Origin: Escherichia coli
Lineage (GTDB): Bacteria; Pseudomonadota; Gammaproteobacteria; Enterobacterales; Enterobacteriaceae
Strand: one strand, 5' to 3'
Assembly: GCF_002854065.1 (NCBI RefSeq)
Contig: NZ_CP024147.1
Length of the DNA stretch: 64,000 bases
The notes below the pieces were generated by a model. That model saw only the letters and a program-made list of their open reading frames with translations. It was not told where the DNA came from and made no database searches. The first letter of the stretch is position 1, and every line of letters begins with the position of its first letter. Made by a program: the position numbers and the translations under genes. This document shows positions 22,471-33,359 of the stretch, piece after piece.

Positions 22471-24009
22471 TTATTTACGTCGCTGACGCAGACTCATCAA
22501 CACAGCAGCAAAACCAAACAGTGCCGTCAGCACCCACAGCGGCCAGTTGCCGGTACGTGCGTATGGTGTGAGTCCGGTGGTCGGCGTCACGTTAGTGGTT
22601 AACACCTCGCGGGTGAATTGCGGGATCATCGCCTGAATCTCACCCTGCGGGCCAATCACCGCCGTAATGCCGTTGTTGGTGCTGCGCAACAGTGGGCGCG
22701 CCAGCTCCAGCGCACGCATTCGCGCCATCTGGAAGTGCTGCCATGGACCAATAGACTTACCAAACCACGCATCGTTGGAGATAGTCAGCAGATAGTCGGT
22801 ATCCGGGCGGAAGTTATCGCGCACTTGCTCGCCGAGAATGATCTCGTAGCAAATAGCCGCAGTAAGCTCAATACCATTTGCCGACAGCGGCGGCTGGATA
22901 TATGGCCCACGGCTGAACGACGACATCGGCAGATCAAAGAACGGTGCTAACGGACGCAGAATCGACTCCAGCGGGACAAACTCGCCAAACGGCACCAGAT
23001 GGTTTTTGTTATAACGATCGGCTGATTCGTAGCTGTACGGTGCACCTTTACCCAGCGTGATGATGGTGTTGTAGGTATCGTAACGGTTCTGCTTATTAAG
23101 ACGCGCGTCAACAATCCCGGTCACCAGCGTACTCCCTTTATCACGCAACTCACCGTCCAGTGCTTTGAGGAACGGTTGCTGATTAATTTCCAGATCGGTT
23201 ATCGCCGACTCCGGCCAGATAATCAACGATGATTTGCCCATCAGTGGTGCCGTTGCGTTGTAGTAAATCTTCAGCGTATTAAGAAGCTGGCCTTCGTCCC
23301 ATTTCAGCGATTGCGGAATATCGCCCTGAACCATCGAAACCTGAATGGTTTTCTCCGGTTGTGGGGTAAACCACTGGATGTAACGCAGCGGGAAGGGAAG
23401 GGCAAACAGCACGACGGCCACCACCAGCGGACGCCAGTTGCGTTTGACTAACGCCAGTGCCAGCAGGCCGCTAACCATCATCAGCAGGAAGTTAATGGCT
23501 TCCACGCCCATTAGCGGTGCCAGCCCTTTTAACGGGCCATCAATCTGGCTATAGCCGAACTGTAACCACGGGAAGCCTGTCAGTACCCAACCGCGCAGAA
23601 ACTCGGTCACTTGCCAGAGAGCAGGGGCGGCAATCGCCACGCGCAGCCAGGTGGTTTTCGGCCACAGGCGCGACAGCACGCCAGCAAACAGTCCGGTATA
23701 CAGCGACAAATACGCTGCCAGCAGCACCACCAGGAAGATGTTAACCGGGCCAGGCATTCCGCCAAAGGTCGCGATGCTGACATAGACCCAGTTAATACCG
23801 CTGCCAAAGAGGCCAAATCCCCAGCAAAAGCCAATAGCGGCAGACTGGAGTGGACGGCGGTTAAAGGTCAACGCCTGAAGCCCCATCAGCGAAATAATCG
23901 CCGCAGGCCAGACGTCGTAAGGAGAGAAGGCCAGCGTTCCGCAGGCACCGCATAATAACGCCAGCAGCAGGCGAATGCGCTGGCGTTCAATTAATGAGGC
24001 AAAAGCCAT
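22471..24009 (-). CDS. lnt: Apolipoprotein N-acyltransferase
   Basis: 512-aa ORF: N-terminal polytopic membrane region plus C-terminal nitrilase-like domain; conserved ybeZ-ybeY-corC-lnt order. Confidence 0.93.
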   Translation of the reverse strand: MAFASLIERQRIRLLLALLCGACGTLAFSPYDVWPAAIISLMGLQALTFNRRPLQSAAIGFCWGFGLFGSGINWVYVSIATFGGMPGPVNIFLVVLLAAYLSLYTGLFAGVLSRLWPKTTWLRVAIAAPALWQVTEFLRGWVLTGFPWLQFGYSQIDGPLKGLAPLMGVEAINFLLMMVSGLLALALVKRNWRPLVVAVVLFALPFPLRYIQWFTPQPEKTIQVSMVQGDIPQSLKWDEGQLLNTLKIYYNATAPLMGKSSLIIWPESAITDLEINQQPFLKALDGELRDKGSTLVTGIVDARLNKQNRYDTYNTIITLGKGAPYSYESADRYNKNHLVPFGEFVPLESILRPLAPFFDLPMSSFSRGPYIQPPLSANGIELTAAICYEIILGEQVRDNFRPDTDYLLTISNDAWFGKSIGPWQHFQMARMRALELARPLLRSTNNGITAVIGPQGEIQAMIPQFTREVLTTNVTPTTGLTPYARTGNWPLWVLTALFGFAAVLMSLRQRRK

Positions 24010-24033
24010 GTAGTTATCTATCCAGTTTCGGTT

Positions 24034-24912
24034 TTATTCATCCAGCTTTGGCTGGGGTGAGTCATCCGGGATTTTGACATGAACCTGAATAATACGCCGA
24101 CTATCGGCCATCGCCACTTTGAACTGGTAACCGTCGATGTCGATGGTTTCGCCACGCGCCGGAAGATGCCCAAATGCCTGCATCACCAGACCACCGATAG
24201 TGTCGACTTCTTCATCGCTAAAGTGGGTGCCGAACGCTTCGTTGAAGTCTTCAATGGAAGCCAGCGCGCGCACGGTCCAGGTATGACGACTCAGCTGACG
24301 GAAGTCGATATCATCTTCTTCGTCATATTCGTCTTCAATCTCACCAACAATCAGTTCCAGGATGTCTTCAATGGTCACCAGACCGGAAACCCCACCGAAT
24401 TCGTCAATGACGATCGCCATGTGGTAACGCTGAGAGCGAAACTCTTTCAGCATCCGGTCTACGCGCTTACTTTCAGGAACGACAACCGCCTGACGTAACA
24501 CTTTGTCCATGCTGAAGGCTTCAGCATCGCTGCGCATAAACGGCAGCAAGTCTTTCGCCATCAGAATCCCTTCAATGTGATCTTTGTCTTCGCTAATCAC
24601 CGGGAAACGTGAGTGGGCGGACTCGATGATGACATCAAGGCATTCGTCCAGCGTCTGGTTGCGTTTCAGGGTAATCATCTGGGAGCGAGGGATCATGATG
24701 TCGCGGACGCGTTGGTCTGCGATGTCCATCACCCCTTCGAGCATATCGCGCGTATCTTCGTCGATAAGGTCGTTCTGCCCGGAATCACGGATCAGCGCCA
24801 GCAGTTCGTCACGGTTTTTCGGTTCACCGTGGAAAAGTTGGCTGAGTAACAGGGAGAAAAATCCCTTCTTGTTGCTTATCGTGTCACTACTGTGTGAATT
24901 GTCGTCGCTCAT
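24034..24912 (-). CDS. corC: CBS-pair / CorC-HlyC magnesium-cobalt efflux accessory protein
   Basis: 292-aa ORF, conserved position downstream of ybeY. Confidence 0.9.
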   Translation of the reverse strand: MSDDNSHSSDTISNKKGFFSLLLSQLFHGEPKNRDELLALIRDSGQNDLIDEDTRDMLEGVMDIADQRVRDIMIPRSQMITLKRNQTLDECLDVIIESAHSRFPVISEDKDHIEGILMAKDLLPFMRSDAEAFSMDKVLRQAVVVPESKRVDRMLKEFRSQRYHMAIVIDEFGGVSGLVTIEDILELIVGEIEDEYDEEDDIDFRQLSRHTWTVRALASIEDFNEAFGTHFSDEEVDTIGGLVMQAFGHLPARGETIDIDGYQFKVAMADSRRIIQVHVKIPDDSPQPKLDE

Positions 24913-25001
24913 GGCGTCGTATGGGTTCTCATGTTAGTTAATCAAAACGCCGTCGTTAATCACCAACGGCGGGGACGTCTGCCAGTCAAATGCCTGGCAA
25001 A

Positions 25002-25469
25002 TTATTCTTTCTCGGCAATGTACGGATCCTCATAGCCCAGAGCAAGCATAATCTCTGTTTCGAGGGCTTCCATTTCTTCTGCTTCGTCATCTTCGATGTG
25101 ATCGTAACCTAACAAATGCAGACTGCCGTGCACCACCATATGCGCCCAGTGCGCCTCCAGTGGTTTGCCTTGCTCCTGTGCTTCCTTCTCAACCACCTGA
25201 CGGCAGATAACCAGATCGCCCAGTAGCGACATCTCCATGCCGGGCGGCACTTCAAACGGGAAGGAGAGCACGTTGGTCGGCTTATCCTTACCGCGATAGG
25301 TCAGATTGAGACTGTGGCTTTCGGCGGTATCGACCACGCGAATCGTCACTTCCGACTCTTCCTGAAACTGCGGGATCACCGCATTCAGCCATGTCTGAAA
25401 CTGGCTCTCTTCCGGTAACCCGGAATTATCTTCACATGCCAGTTGTAAATCGAGGATCACCTGACTCAT
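25002..25469 (-). CDS. ybeY: Endoribonuclease YbeY (16S rRNA 3' maturation)
   Basis: 155-aa ORF with the zinc-binding [11 protein letters not shown] motif. Confidence 0.93.
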
Positions 25470-26545
25470 TTTTGTTCCTGTTCTTCGCGCTTGCGTTCTG
25501 CCGCCAGCGCCGCTTTTCGTTTTTGTTCTGCTTCTTCCCAGGCTTCATAAGCGTTAACGATACGCGCCACCACCGGGTGACGAACCACGTCTTCGCTGTG
25601 GAAGAAGTTAAAGCTGATCTCTTCGACATCAGCCAGCACTTCGATGGCATGACGTAAGCCTGATTTAGTATTACGCGGCAGGTCGATCTGCGTGACGTCA
25701 CCGGTGATAACCGCTTTTGAGTTAAAACCGATACGGGTCAGGAACATCTTCATCTGTTCGATGGTAGTGTTCTGGCTCTCATCGAGAATGATAAATGCGT
25801 CATTCAGCGTACGACCACGCATATAGGCCAGCGGTGCGACTTCAATAACGTTGCGCTCAATCAGTTTCTCGACTTTCTCAAAGCCCAGCATTTCAAACAG
25901 CGCGTCGTACAGCGGGCGCAGATACGGGTCTACTTTCTGGCTTAAATCGCCAGGCAGGAAGCCCAGTTTCTCACCGGCTTCGACCGCCGGACGAGTCAGC
26001 AGAATACGACGAATTTCCTGACGCTCCAGGGCATCAACTGCTGCAGCCACTGCCAGGTAGGTTTTACCCGTACCCGCCGGGCCAACGCCGAAGGTAATGT
26101 CATGGTCGAGAATATTGGCGATGTACTGCGCCTGGTTTGGCGTGCGCGGCTTAATTACGCCGCGTTTGGTTTTGATATTGACCGCTTTGCCGTACTCCGG
26201 CACGCTCTCCGCGCTTTGCTCCAGTACCCTTGCTTCTTTAATCGCAAGGTGGATCTGTTCCGGTTCGATATCCTGAATCTGACCGCGCATCGGGGCAGTA
26301 TCGACATACAGGCTACGCAGAATGTCTGCCGCAGCGGTGACGCAAATCGGACGGCCGGTCAGTTTAAAGTGGTTATCGCGGCGATTGATCTCGATGCCGA
26401 GACGGCGTTCGAGCTGCTTGATGTTGTCATCAAACGGGCCGCACAGGCTCAACAGACGCGCATTGTCTGCTGGCTCCAGGGTGATTTCGCGAGTGTCTAT
26501 GTTCAAACCGTTCCTCTTATCTGTATGCCGCCGGAAGCTGAACAT
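25466..26545 (-). CDS. ybeZ: PhoH-like ATPase YbeZ
   Basis: Walker A GPAGTGKT; overlaps ybeY start. Start uncertain: first ATG gives 359 aa; a shorter product starting near [10 protein letters not shown] is possible. Confidence 0.88.
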
Positions 26546-26658
26546 TCACCGGCCTATAAGGAAATTATTCACGCCACAGGAAAAAGGCGCAAGCATTGCG
26601 ATAAAGATGGGGATAAAGAGAGAAAAAACAAGGCCCACCGGAACGGCAGGCCTGAGAA

Positions 26659-28083
26659 TTACGGCTGATAATAACCCACACCAAGGTCGTTTTCTTTGCG
26701 AGTACGGGCAATCACCGATTCCGGTGTTTCTGCCACGCGCAGACCCATTTCATCTTCAGTTCGCACCACTTTACCGCGCAGAGAGTTCGGGTAGACGTCG
26801 GTAATTTCTACATCGACGAATTTACCGATCATATCCGGTGTGCCCTCGAAGTTGACCACACGATTATTTTCGGTACGTCCGGAAAGCTCCATGATGCTCT
26901 TACGTGAAGTCCCTTCTACCAGAATACGCTGGGTGGTGCCGAGCATCCGACGGCTCCATGCCATCGCTTGCTGATTAATGCGCTCTTGCAGAATATACAG
27001 ACGCTGCTTCTTCTCTTCTTCCGGAACATCATCAACCATATCGGCGGCTGGTGTACCCGGACGTGCAGAGAAGATAAAGCTGTAGCTCATGTCGAAATTG
27101 ACGTCGGCAATCAGCTTCATCGTTTTCTCGAAGTCTTCGGTGGTTTCGCCAGGGAAGCCAACGATGAAATCAGAACTGATCTGAATATCCGGACGCGCCG
27201 CACGCAGTTTACGGATGATCGCTTTGTACTCCAGCGCCGTATGGGTACGTCCCATCAGGTTCAGAATACGATCGGAACCGCTCTGTACCGGCAGATGCAG
27301 GAAGCTCACCAGCTCCGGCGTGTCGCGGTACACTTCGATGATATCGTCGGTGAATTCGATCGGATGGCTGGTGGTAAAGCGAATACGATCGATCCCGTCG
27401 ATCGCTGCAACCAGACGCAGCAGATCGGCAAACGATCCGGTGGTGCCGTCGTAGTTTTCACCACGCCAGGCGTTCACGTTCTGACCGAGCAGGTTGACTT
27501 CACGCACGCCCTGAGCCGCAAGCTGGGCAATCTCAAACAGAATATCGTCGGACGGACGGCTTACCTCTTCACCACGGGTGTAAGGCACCACGCAGTAGGT
27601 GCAATATTTATTGCAGCCTTCCATGATGGAGACAAACGCGGTCGGCCCTTCGGCGCGCGGTTCCGGCAGACGGTCAAACTTCTCGATTTCCGGGAAGCTG
27701 ATATCTACCACCGGGCTGCGGTCGCCGCGCACGGAGTTGATCATCTCCGGCAGACGATGCAGCGTTTGCGGCCCAAAAATAATATCGACATAGTGGGCGC
27801 GCTGGCGAATGTGCTCGCCTTCTTGCGATGCCACGCAGCCGCCGACGCCGATAATCAGGTCTGGATTCTTCTCTTTTAACAGTTTCCAGCGGCCTAACTG
27901 ATGGAAGACTTTTTCCTGAGCCTTCTCGCGGATTGAGCAGGTGTTCAGCAGCAGCACATCCGCTTCTTCCGCCACGTCGGTCAGTTGATAGCCGTGGGTG
28001 GCATCCAGCAGATCGGCCATCTTCGATGAATCGTACTCGTTCATCTGACAGCCCCAGGTTTTAATATGGAGTTTTTTGGTCAT
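26659..28083 (-). CDS. miaB: tRNA-i6A37 methylthiotransferase
   Basis: 474-aa ORF with radical-SAM CxxxCxxC (CNKYCTYC) and N-terminal MTTase cysteines. Confidence 0.95.
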
Positions 28084-28228
28084 CGACTTGCTCTTGCGAA
28101 ATAGTAGCCAGGAATGCAGGGCGCATAGTGTAATGCTTTGCTGCCGTTGTGACCAGTATGAGCGTTATCAGCCCTTGGGGGTAAAAATCCTGTAAACTTA
28201 AAGCATATTGCTAACAGGATGATTGACC

Positions 28229-29404
28229 ATGACAAATCAACCAACGGAAATTGCCATTGTCGGCGGAGGAATGGTCGGCGGCGCACTGGCGCTGGGGCTG
28301 GCACAGCACGGATTTTCGGTAACGGTGATCGAGCACGCAGAACCTGCACCGTTTGTCGCTGATAGCCAACCGGACGTGCGGATCTCGGCGATCAGCGCGG
28401 CTTCGGTATCATTGCTTAAAGGGTTAGGGGTCTGGGATGCAGTACAGGCTATGCGTTGCCATCCTTACCGCAGACTGGAAACGTGGGAGTGGGAAACGGC
28501 GCATGTGGTATTTGACGCAGCCGAATTAAAGTTGCCGTTGCTTGGCTATATGGTAGAAAACACTGTCCTGCAACAGGCATTGTGGCAGGCGCTGGAAGCG
28601 CATCCGAAAGTAACGTTACGTGTGCCAACCTCGCTGATTGCGCTGCATCGCCATGATGATCTTCAGGAGCTGGAGCTGAAAGGCGGTGAAGTGATTCGCG
28701 CGAAGCTGGTGATTGGTGCCGACGGCGCAAATTCGCAGGTGCGGCAGATGGCGGGAATTGGCGTTCATGCATGGCAGTATGCGCAGTCGTGCATGTTGAT
28801 TAGCGTCCAGTGCGAGAACGATCCCGGCGATAGCACCTGGCAGCAATTTACTCCGGACGGACCGCGTGCGTTTCTGCCGTTGTTTGATAACTGGGCATCG
28901 CTGGTGTGGTATGACTCTCCGGCGCGTATTCGCCAGTTGCAGAATATGAATATGGCACAGCTCCAGGCGGAAATCGCGAAGCATTTCCCGTCGCGTCTGG
29001 GTTACGTTACACCGCTTGCCGCTGGTGCATTTCCGCTGACGCGTCGCCATGCGTTGCAGTATGTGCAGCCAGGGCTTGCGCTGGTGGGCGATGCTGCGCA
29101 TACCATCCATCCGCTGGCGGGGCAGGGGGTGAATCTTGGTTATCGTGATGTCGATGCCCTGATTGATGTTCTGGTGAATGCCCGCAGCTACGGCGAAGCG
29201 TGGGCCAGTTATCCTGTCCTCAAGCGTTACCAGATGCGGCGCATGGCGGATAACTTCATTATGCAGAGCGGTATGGATCTGTTTTATGCCGGATTCAGTA
29301 ATAATCTGCCGCCACTGCGTTTTGTGCGTAATCTTGGTTTGATGGCGGCGGAGCGTGCTGGCGTGTTGAAACGTCAGGCGCTGAAATATGCGTTAGGGTT
29401 GTAG
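28229..29404 (+). CDS. ubiF: FAD-dependent ubiquinone biosynthesis hydroxylase
   Basis: FAD-binding fingerprint IVGGGMVGGALALGL; start set at MTNQPTEIAIVGGG (391 aa); the ORF track begins two codons earlier. Confidence 0.9.
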   Translation: MTNQPTEIAIVGGGMVGGALALGLAQHGFSVTVIEHAEPAPFVADSQPDVRISAISAASVSLLKGLGVWDAVQAMRCHPYRRLETWEWETAHVVFDAAELKLPLLGYMVENTVLQQALWQALEAHPKVTLRVPTSLIALHRHDDLQELELKGGEVIRAKLVIGADGANSQVRQMAGIGVHAWQYAQSCMLISVQCENDPGDSTWQQFTPDGPRAFLPLFDNWASLVWYDSPARIRQLQNMNMAQLQAEIAKHFPSRLGYVTPLAAGAFPLTRRHALQYVQPGLALVGDAAHTIHPLAGQGVNLGYRDVDALIDVLVNARSYGEAWASYPVLKRYQMRRMADNFIMQSGMDLFYAGFSNNLPPLRFVRNLGLMAAERAGVLKRQALKYALGL

Positions 29405-29409
29405 CCTTA

Positions 29410-29510
29410 CAACATTGCCGGATGCGTGCCAACCGTAGGTCGGATAAGACGCGGCAGCGTCGCATCCGACATTGAAGGATAAGACGTGTCAACATCGCAT
29501 TCGACATTGA
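29410..29510. repeat. BIME/REP cluster downstream of ubiF
   Basis: Two REP-like units (gccggatgcg ... gtaggtcggataagacgcggcagcgtcgcatccgacat). Confidence 0.6.
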
Positions 29511-29520
29511 ATGAACGCAG

Positions 29521-29553
29521 AAAAGCAAAAAGCTCGCCGAAGCGAGCTTTTTT
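29521..29553. terminator. Bidirectional intrinsic terminator (end of tRNA operon on minus strand; also faces ubiF)
   Basis: Hairpin agctcgc-cgaa-gcgagct flanked by A-run and T-run, immediately 3' of glnX on the minus strand. Confidence 0.7.
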
Positions 29554-29557
29554 AATG

Positions 29558-29632
29558 TGGCTGGGGTACGAGGATTCGAACCTCGGAATGCCGGAATCAG
29601 AATCCGGTGCCTTACCGCTTGGCGATACCCCA
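29558..29632 (-). tRNA. glnX: tRNA-Gln (anticodon CUG)
   Basis: 75-nt reverse-strand cloverleaf sequence, anticodon loop UUCUGAUU, ends CCA. Confidence 0.95.
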
Positions 29633-29669
29633 ACTGGGTGCACTTACAAGGTAAGCGTCTTGAATAAAT

Positions 29670-29744
29670 TGGCTGGGGTACGAGGATTCGAACCTCGGAA
29701 TGCCGGAATCAGAATCCGGTGCCTTACCGCTTGGCGATACCCCA
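29670..29744 (-). tRNA. glnV: tRNA-Gln (anticodon CUG)
   Basis: Exact repeat of the glnX sequence. Confidence 0.95.
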
Positions 29745-29791
29745 ACAAATTGGTTTTGAATTTGCCGAACATATTCGACACATTCAGAATT

Positions 29792-29868
29792 TGGTGGCTA
29801 CGACGGGATTCGAACCTGTGACCCCATCATTATGAGTGATGTGCTCTAACCAACTGAGCTACGTAGCC
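29792..29868 (-). tRNA. metU: tRNA-Met elongator (anticodon CAU)
   Basis: 77-nt sequence whose reverse complement reads GGCUACGUAGCUCAGUUGGUUAGAGCACAUCACUCAUAAUGAUGGGGUCACAGGUUCGAAUCCCGUCGUAGCCACCA. Confidence 0.95.
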
Positions 29869-29883
29869 AGATTGTTTCTTCGA

Positions 29884-29958
29884 TGGCTGGGGTACCTGGA
29901 TTCGAACCAGGGAATGCCGGTATCAAAAACCGGTGCCTTACCGCTTGGCGATACCCCA
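29884..29958 (-). tRNA. glnW: tRNA-Gln (anticodon UUG)
   Basis: 75-nt Gln tRNA with anticodon loop UUUUGAU; same acceptor stem as glnX/glnV. Confidence 0.95.
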
Positions 29959-29992
29959 ATAACCGGGCGGTGAACCGCTTACTCGAAGAAGA

Positions 29993-30067
29993 TGGCTGGG
30001 GTACCTGGATTCGAACCAGGGAATGCCGGTATCAAAAACCGGTGCCTTACCGCTTGGCGATACCCCA
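29993..30067 (-). tRNA. glnU: tRNA-Gln (anticodon UUG)
   Basis: Repeat of the glnW sequence. Confidence 0.95.
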
Positions 30068-30090
30068 TCCGTACAACGCTTTCTGGTGAA

Positions 30091-30175
30091 TGGTGCGGGA
30101 GGCGAGACTTGAACTCGCACACCTTGCGGCGCCAGAACCTAAATCTGGTGCGTCTACCAATTTCGCCACTCCCGC
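30091..30175 (-). tRNA. leuW: tRNA-Leu (anticodon UAG), class II tRNA with long variable arm
   Basis: 85-nt sequence; reverse complement starts GCGGGAGUGGCGAAAUUGG and ends ...CCCGCACCA. Confidence 0.93.
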
Positions 30176-30183
30176 AAAAAAGA

Positions 30184-30260
30184 TGGTGGCTACGACGGGA
30201 TTCGAACCTGTGACCCCATCATTATGAGTGATGTGCTCTAACCAACTGAGCTACGTAGCC
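30184..30260 (-). tRNA. metT: tRNA-Met elongator (anticodon CAU)
   Basis: Identical to the metU sequence; first gene of the operon. Confidence 0.95.
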
Positions 30261-30299
30261 ATCTTTTTTTCGCGATACCTTATCGGCGTTGCGGGGCGC

Positions 30300-30328
30300 A
30301 TTATGCGTATAGAGCCTTGCAGCGTCAA
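30300..30328 (-). promoter_or_regulatory. Sigma70 promoter of the metT tRNA operon with GC-rich discriminator
   Basis: On the minus strand: -35 TTGACG (30323-30328), 17-bp spacer, -10 CATAAT (30300-30305), then GCGCCCCGC discriminator and an A-rich UP-like tract upstream. Confidence 0.6.
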
Positions 30329-30639
30329 CCTCTTTTTCAAGGAAAATTGCTCGAAAGTGACTGTTTGGTTAGGTTGCGAACAGCGTGGCGCTATATTCGT
30401 CAATTATTGTTTACTTTGTGTTTTTTCCCCACCCTACAGCCATTCTTTTGTCATACAGGATGAAATTCGGAATTTAACAATAGTGGTGGGAAATTAATCT
30501 ATGAAATACTGGCCTACAGTAATGAGTTGTCAAACAGTGATGTGGCAAACCCGGAACATTTCCTTACTGCATATCAGAATCAACAAGCACCTCAATAACT
30601 GAAACAGCCCCGGATTTCACCGGGGCTGTTTCGCATTTC

Positions 30640-32304
30640 TTACTTATACGCCGACTGGTGAACACCAACCGCGCGACCAGACGGATCGTCCATTTTCTTG
30701 AACGCTTCATCCCATTCGATCGCTTTAGCGGAAGAACACGCGACGGAAGGACCGCCCGGCACGCACTCAGCGGCGCTCGGAAGCGGGAATAGTTCTTCAA
30801 AGATCTCCCGGTACAGATACGCTTCTTTTGAGGTCGGTGTGTTGTACGGGAAGCGGAAGCGGGCAGTTTCCAGCTGTTGATCAGAAACCTGCTGCGCCGC
30901 CACTTCTTTCAGGGTGTCGATCCAACTGTAACCGACGCCATCGGAGAACTGCTCTTTCTGCCGCCAGGCCACGCTTGCGGGCAGGTATGACTCAAAACAT
31001 TCACGCAGGATGTGTTTTTCCATCTTGCCGTTACCGCACATTTTATCCTGCGGGTTAATGCGCATCGCCACGTCGAGGAATTTCTTGTCGAGGAACGGAA
31101 CGCGTGCTTCCACGCCCCAGGCTGACATCGCTTTGTTGGCACGCGCGCAGTCATACATATGGAGGGCCAGCAGTTTACGCACCGTCTCTTCATGCAGTTC
31201 TTTGGCATTCGGTGCTTTGTGGAAGTAAAGATAACCGCCGAACACTTCATCAGAACCTTCACCGGACAGCACCATTTTAATGCCCATCGCTTTGATCTTA
31301 CGCGACATTAAATACATCGGTGTTGAAGCGCGAATAGTGGTCACATCATAGGTTTCGATGTGGTAAATCACGTCGCGGATGGCGTCCAGACCTTCCTGTA
31401 CAGTGAAGTGAATTTCATGATGCACAGTGCCCAGATGGTTTGCCACTTCCTGGGCTGCTTTCAGATCCGGTGAACCCGGCAGACCTACAGCAAAGGAGTG
31501 TAACTGCGGCCACCAGGCTTCAGAGCGTTCCTGATCTTCCACGCGACGGGCTGCGTATTTCTTGGTGATAGCGGAAATAATTGAGGAATCCAGACCACCA
31601 GAAAGCAGCACACCGTAAGGCACATCAGACATCAGATGGCTTTTAACGGAATCTTCCAGAGCCTGACGCAGCTCGTTTTTGTCGGTGACATTATCTTTCA
31701 CCGCATCGTAGTCGAACCAGTCGCGATGATAATAAGAACGGATTTCGCCGTCCTGACTCCACAAATAGCTCCCCGCCGGGAACTCTTTAATCGTGCGGCA
31801 TACCGGCACGAGGGCTTTCATTTCTGAGGCCACATACAGCTGACCATGTTCGTCATAGCCCATATACAGTGGGATGATCCCCAGATGGTCGCGACCAATC
31901 AGGTAGGCATCTTTTTCGCTGTCGTACAGGGCAAAGGCAAACATGCCCTGCAAGTCGTCGAGAAATTCCGGCCCTTTTTCCTGATACAGCGCGAGGATCA
32001 CTTCACAGTCAGACCCTGTCTGGAACTGATAACGATCGCCGTATTCAGCGCGCAATGCCTGGTGATTGTAGATTTCACCGTTTACCGCCAGTACGTGGGT
32101 TTTTTGTTGGTTGTAGAGAGGTTGCGCCCCCGCGTTAACGTCAACAATTGACAGACGTTCGTGGGCGAGAATGGCGTTATCACTGGCATAAATACCGGAC
32201 CAGTCCGGGCCACGATGACGCATCAGGCGTGACAGCTCGAGTGCTTTCTTACGCAGCTCAACTGCGTCTGTTTTGATATCGAATACGCCAAAAATTGAAC
32301 ACAT
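30640..32304 (-). CDS. asnB: Asparagine synthetase B (glutamine-hydrolysing)
   Basis: Start set at MCSIFGV (N-terminal Cys nucleophile of class II amidotransferases; 554 aa); PP-loop SGGLDSS present. The ORF track extends 78 codons upstream. Confidence 0.93.
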   Translation of the reverse strand: MCSIFGVFDIKTDAVELRKKALELSRLMRHRGPDWSGIYASDNAILAHERLSIVDVNAGAQPLYNQQKTHVLAVNGEIYNHQALRAEYGDRYQFQTGSDCEVILALYQEKGPEFLDDLQGMFAFALYDSEKDAYLIGRDHLGIIPLYMGYDEHGQLYVASEMKALVPVCRTIKEFPAGSYLWSQDGEIRSYYHRDWFDYDAVKDNVTDKNELRQALEDSVKSHLMSDVPYGVLLSGGLDSSIISAITKKYAARRVEDQERSEAWWPQLHSFAVGLPGSPDLKAAQEVANHLGTVHHEIHFTVQEGLDAIRDVIYHIETYDVTTIRASTPMYLMSRKIKAMGIKMVLSGEGSDEVFGGYLYFHKAPNAKELHEETVRKLLALHMYDCARANKAMSAWGVEARVPFLDKKFLDVAMRINPQDKMCGNGKMEKHILRECFESYLPASVAWRQKEQFSDGVGYSWIDTLKEVAAQQVSDQQLETARFRFPYNTPTSKEAYLYREIFEELFPLPSAAECVPGGPSVACSSAKAIEWDEAFKKMDDPSGRAVGVHQSAYK

Positions 32305-32520
32305 AACCTTCTCCGTTAACCTGGTATTTGTTGCTTGTTGTGTTTGCTTGTTTAAAAAAATGCCGCAAAGCAGCACTGTGCGCAAGCGATTTGGCGGTGA
32401 AAAAATAAAAACGTAATGGTGATTGCTGATTTGTGAAAAAGGGGAGGGTGCGGTGATGTATTTATTGATGGATCGATAATTTTTGGCGAGTTTTATTGAA
32501 TGGTATGATTTTAATGATGG

Positions 32521-32556
32521 GTAAAAATAAGAAACCACGTCCTGAGACGTGGTTGC
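32521..32556 (-). terminator. Intrinsic terminator after nagD (end of nagBACD operon)
   Basis: Minus-strand hairpin aaccacgtc-tcag-gacgtggtt followed by tcttattttt. Confidence 0.65.
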
Positions 32557-32559
32557 TAT

Positions 32560-33312
32560 TCAGATAACGTCGATTTCAGCGACCGATGGGTAAATCCAGC
32601 TGGGGCGGAACGGCATACTGTCGATATCGTCGAGCGATGAAACACCAGAAAGCACCAGAATCGTCTCCAGACCGGCCTGGAAGCCGGCCAGAATATCGGT
32701 ACGCAGGTTATCGCCGACAATCACCGTTTCTTCCGAATGTGCCTGCATTTTGTTTAATGCCGCGCGGATAATCCACGGACTCGGCTTACCAACATAGAAC
32801 GGTTTGCGCCCGGAGATTTTCTCAATCCCTGCACACAACGCGCCACAGGCCGGATAAAAACCGCGCCCGTGAGTATCCGGGTTGGTGGCGATAAAGCGTG
32901 CACCGTTAGCGACGAAATAGGCCGCTTTATGCATCATGTCCCAGTTGTAGGAACGCGTTTCGCCAACAATCACGAAATCAGGGTTCACATCGGTAATAGT
33001 GAAACCGGCTTTGTACAGTTCATGAATCAGTGCGCCTTCGCCCACCACATACGCTTTCTTGCCTTCCTGGCGACGCAGGAAATCGGCGGTCGCCATCGCA
33101 GAGGTATAAAACACGCTGTCAGGTACATCGACACCGGCAGTGGCAAAGCGGTTCGCCAGATCTTGCCCGGTCTGCGAAGGATAGTTGGTCAGCAACACCA
33201 GCGGCAGGCCTTTATCCATAATCCCGTGCAAAAATTCCGCTGCACCCGGTACGGCGACGTTATCGTGCATCAGCACGCCGTCGATATCGCAAATTACATT
33301 TTTAATGGTCAT
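32560..33312 (-). CDS. nagD: HAD-superfamily ribonucleotide monophosphatase
   Basis: 250-aa ORF with HAD motif I (CDIDGVL); last gene of the nag operon. Confidence 0.92.
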   Translation of the reverse strand: MTIKNVICDIDGVLMHDNVAVPGAAEFLHGIMDKGLPLVLLTNYPSQTGQDLANRFATAGVDVPDSVFYTSAMATADFLRRQEGKKAYVVGEGALIHELYKAGFTITDVNPDFVIVGETRSYNWDMMHKAAYFVANGARFIATNPDTHGRGFYPACGALCAGIEKISGRKPFYVGKPSPWIIRAALNKMQAHSEETVIVGDNLRTDILAGFQAGLETILVLSGVSSLDDIDSMPFRPSWIYPSVAEIDVI

Positions 33313-33359
33313 GGACTACCCAGAATATTGACAACAATAAGCGCCACTATAAAAGCACA

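Noticed and set aside
29558-30067. Near-identical tandem 75-nt repeats, a possible CRISPR or repeat array
   Set aside because: They are four tRNA-Gln genes with full cloverleaf sequence and CCA ends; there are no unique spacers or cas genes.
32305-32538. 78-codon in-frame upstream extension of asnB
   Set aside because: The class II amidotransferase N-terminus must begin Met-Cys (MCSIFGV); the extension runs through the promoter and leader and is just an open frame.
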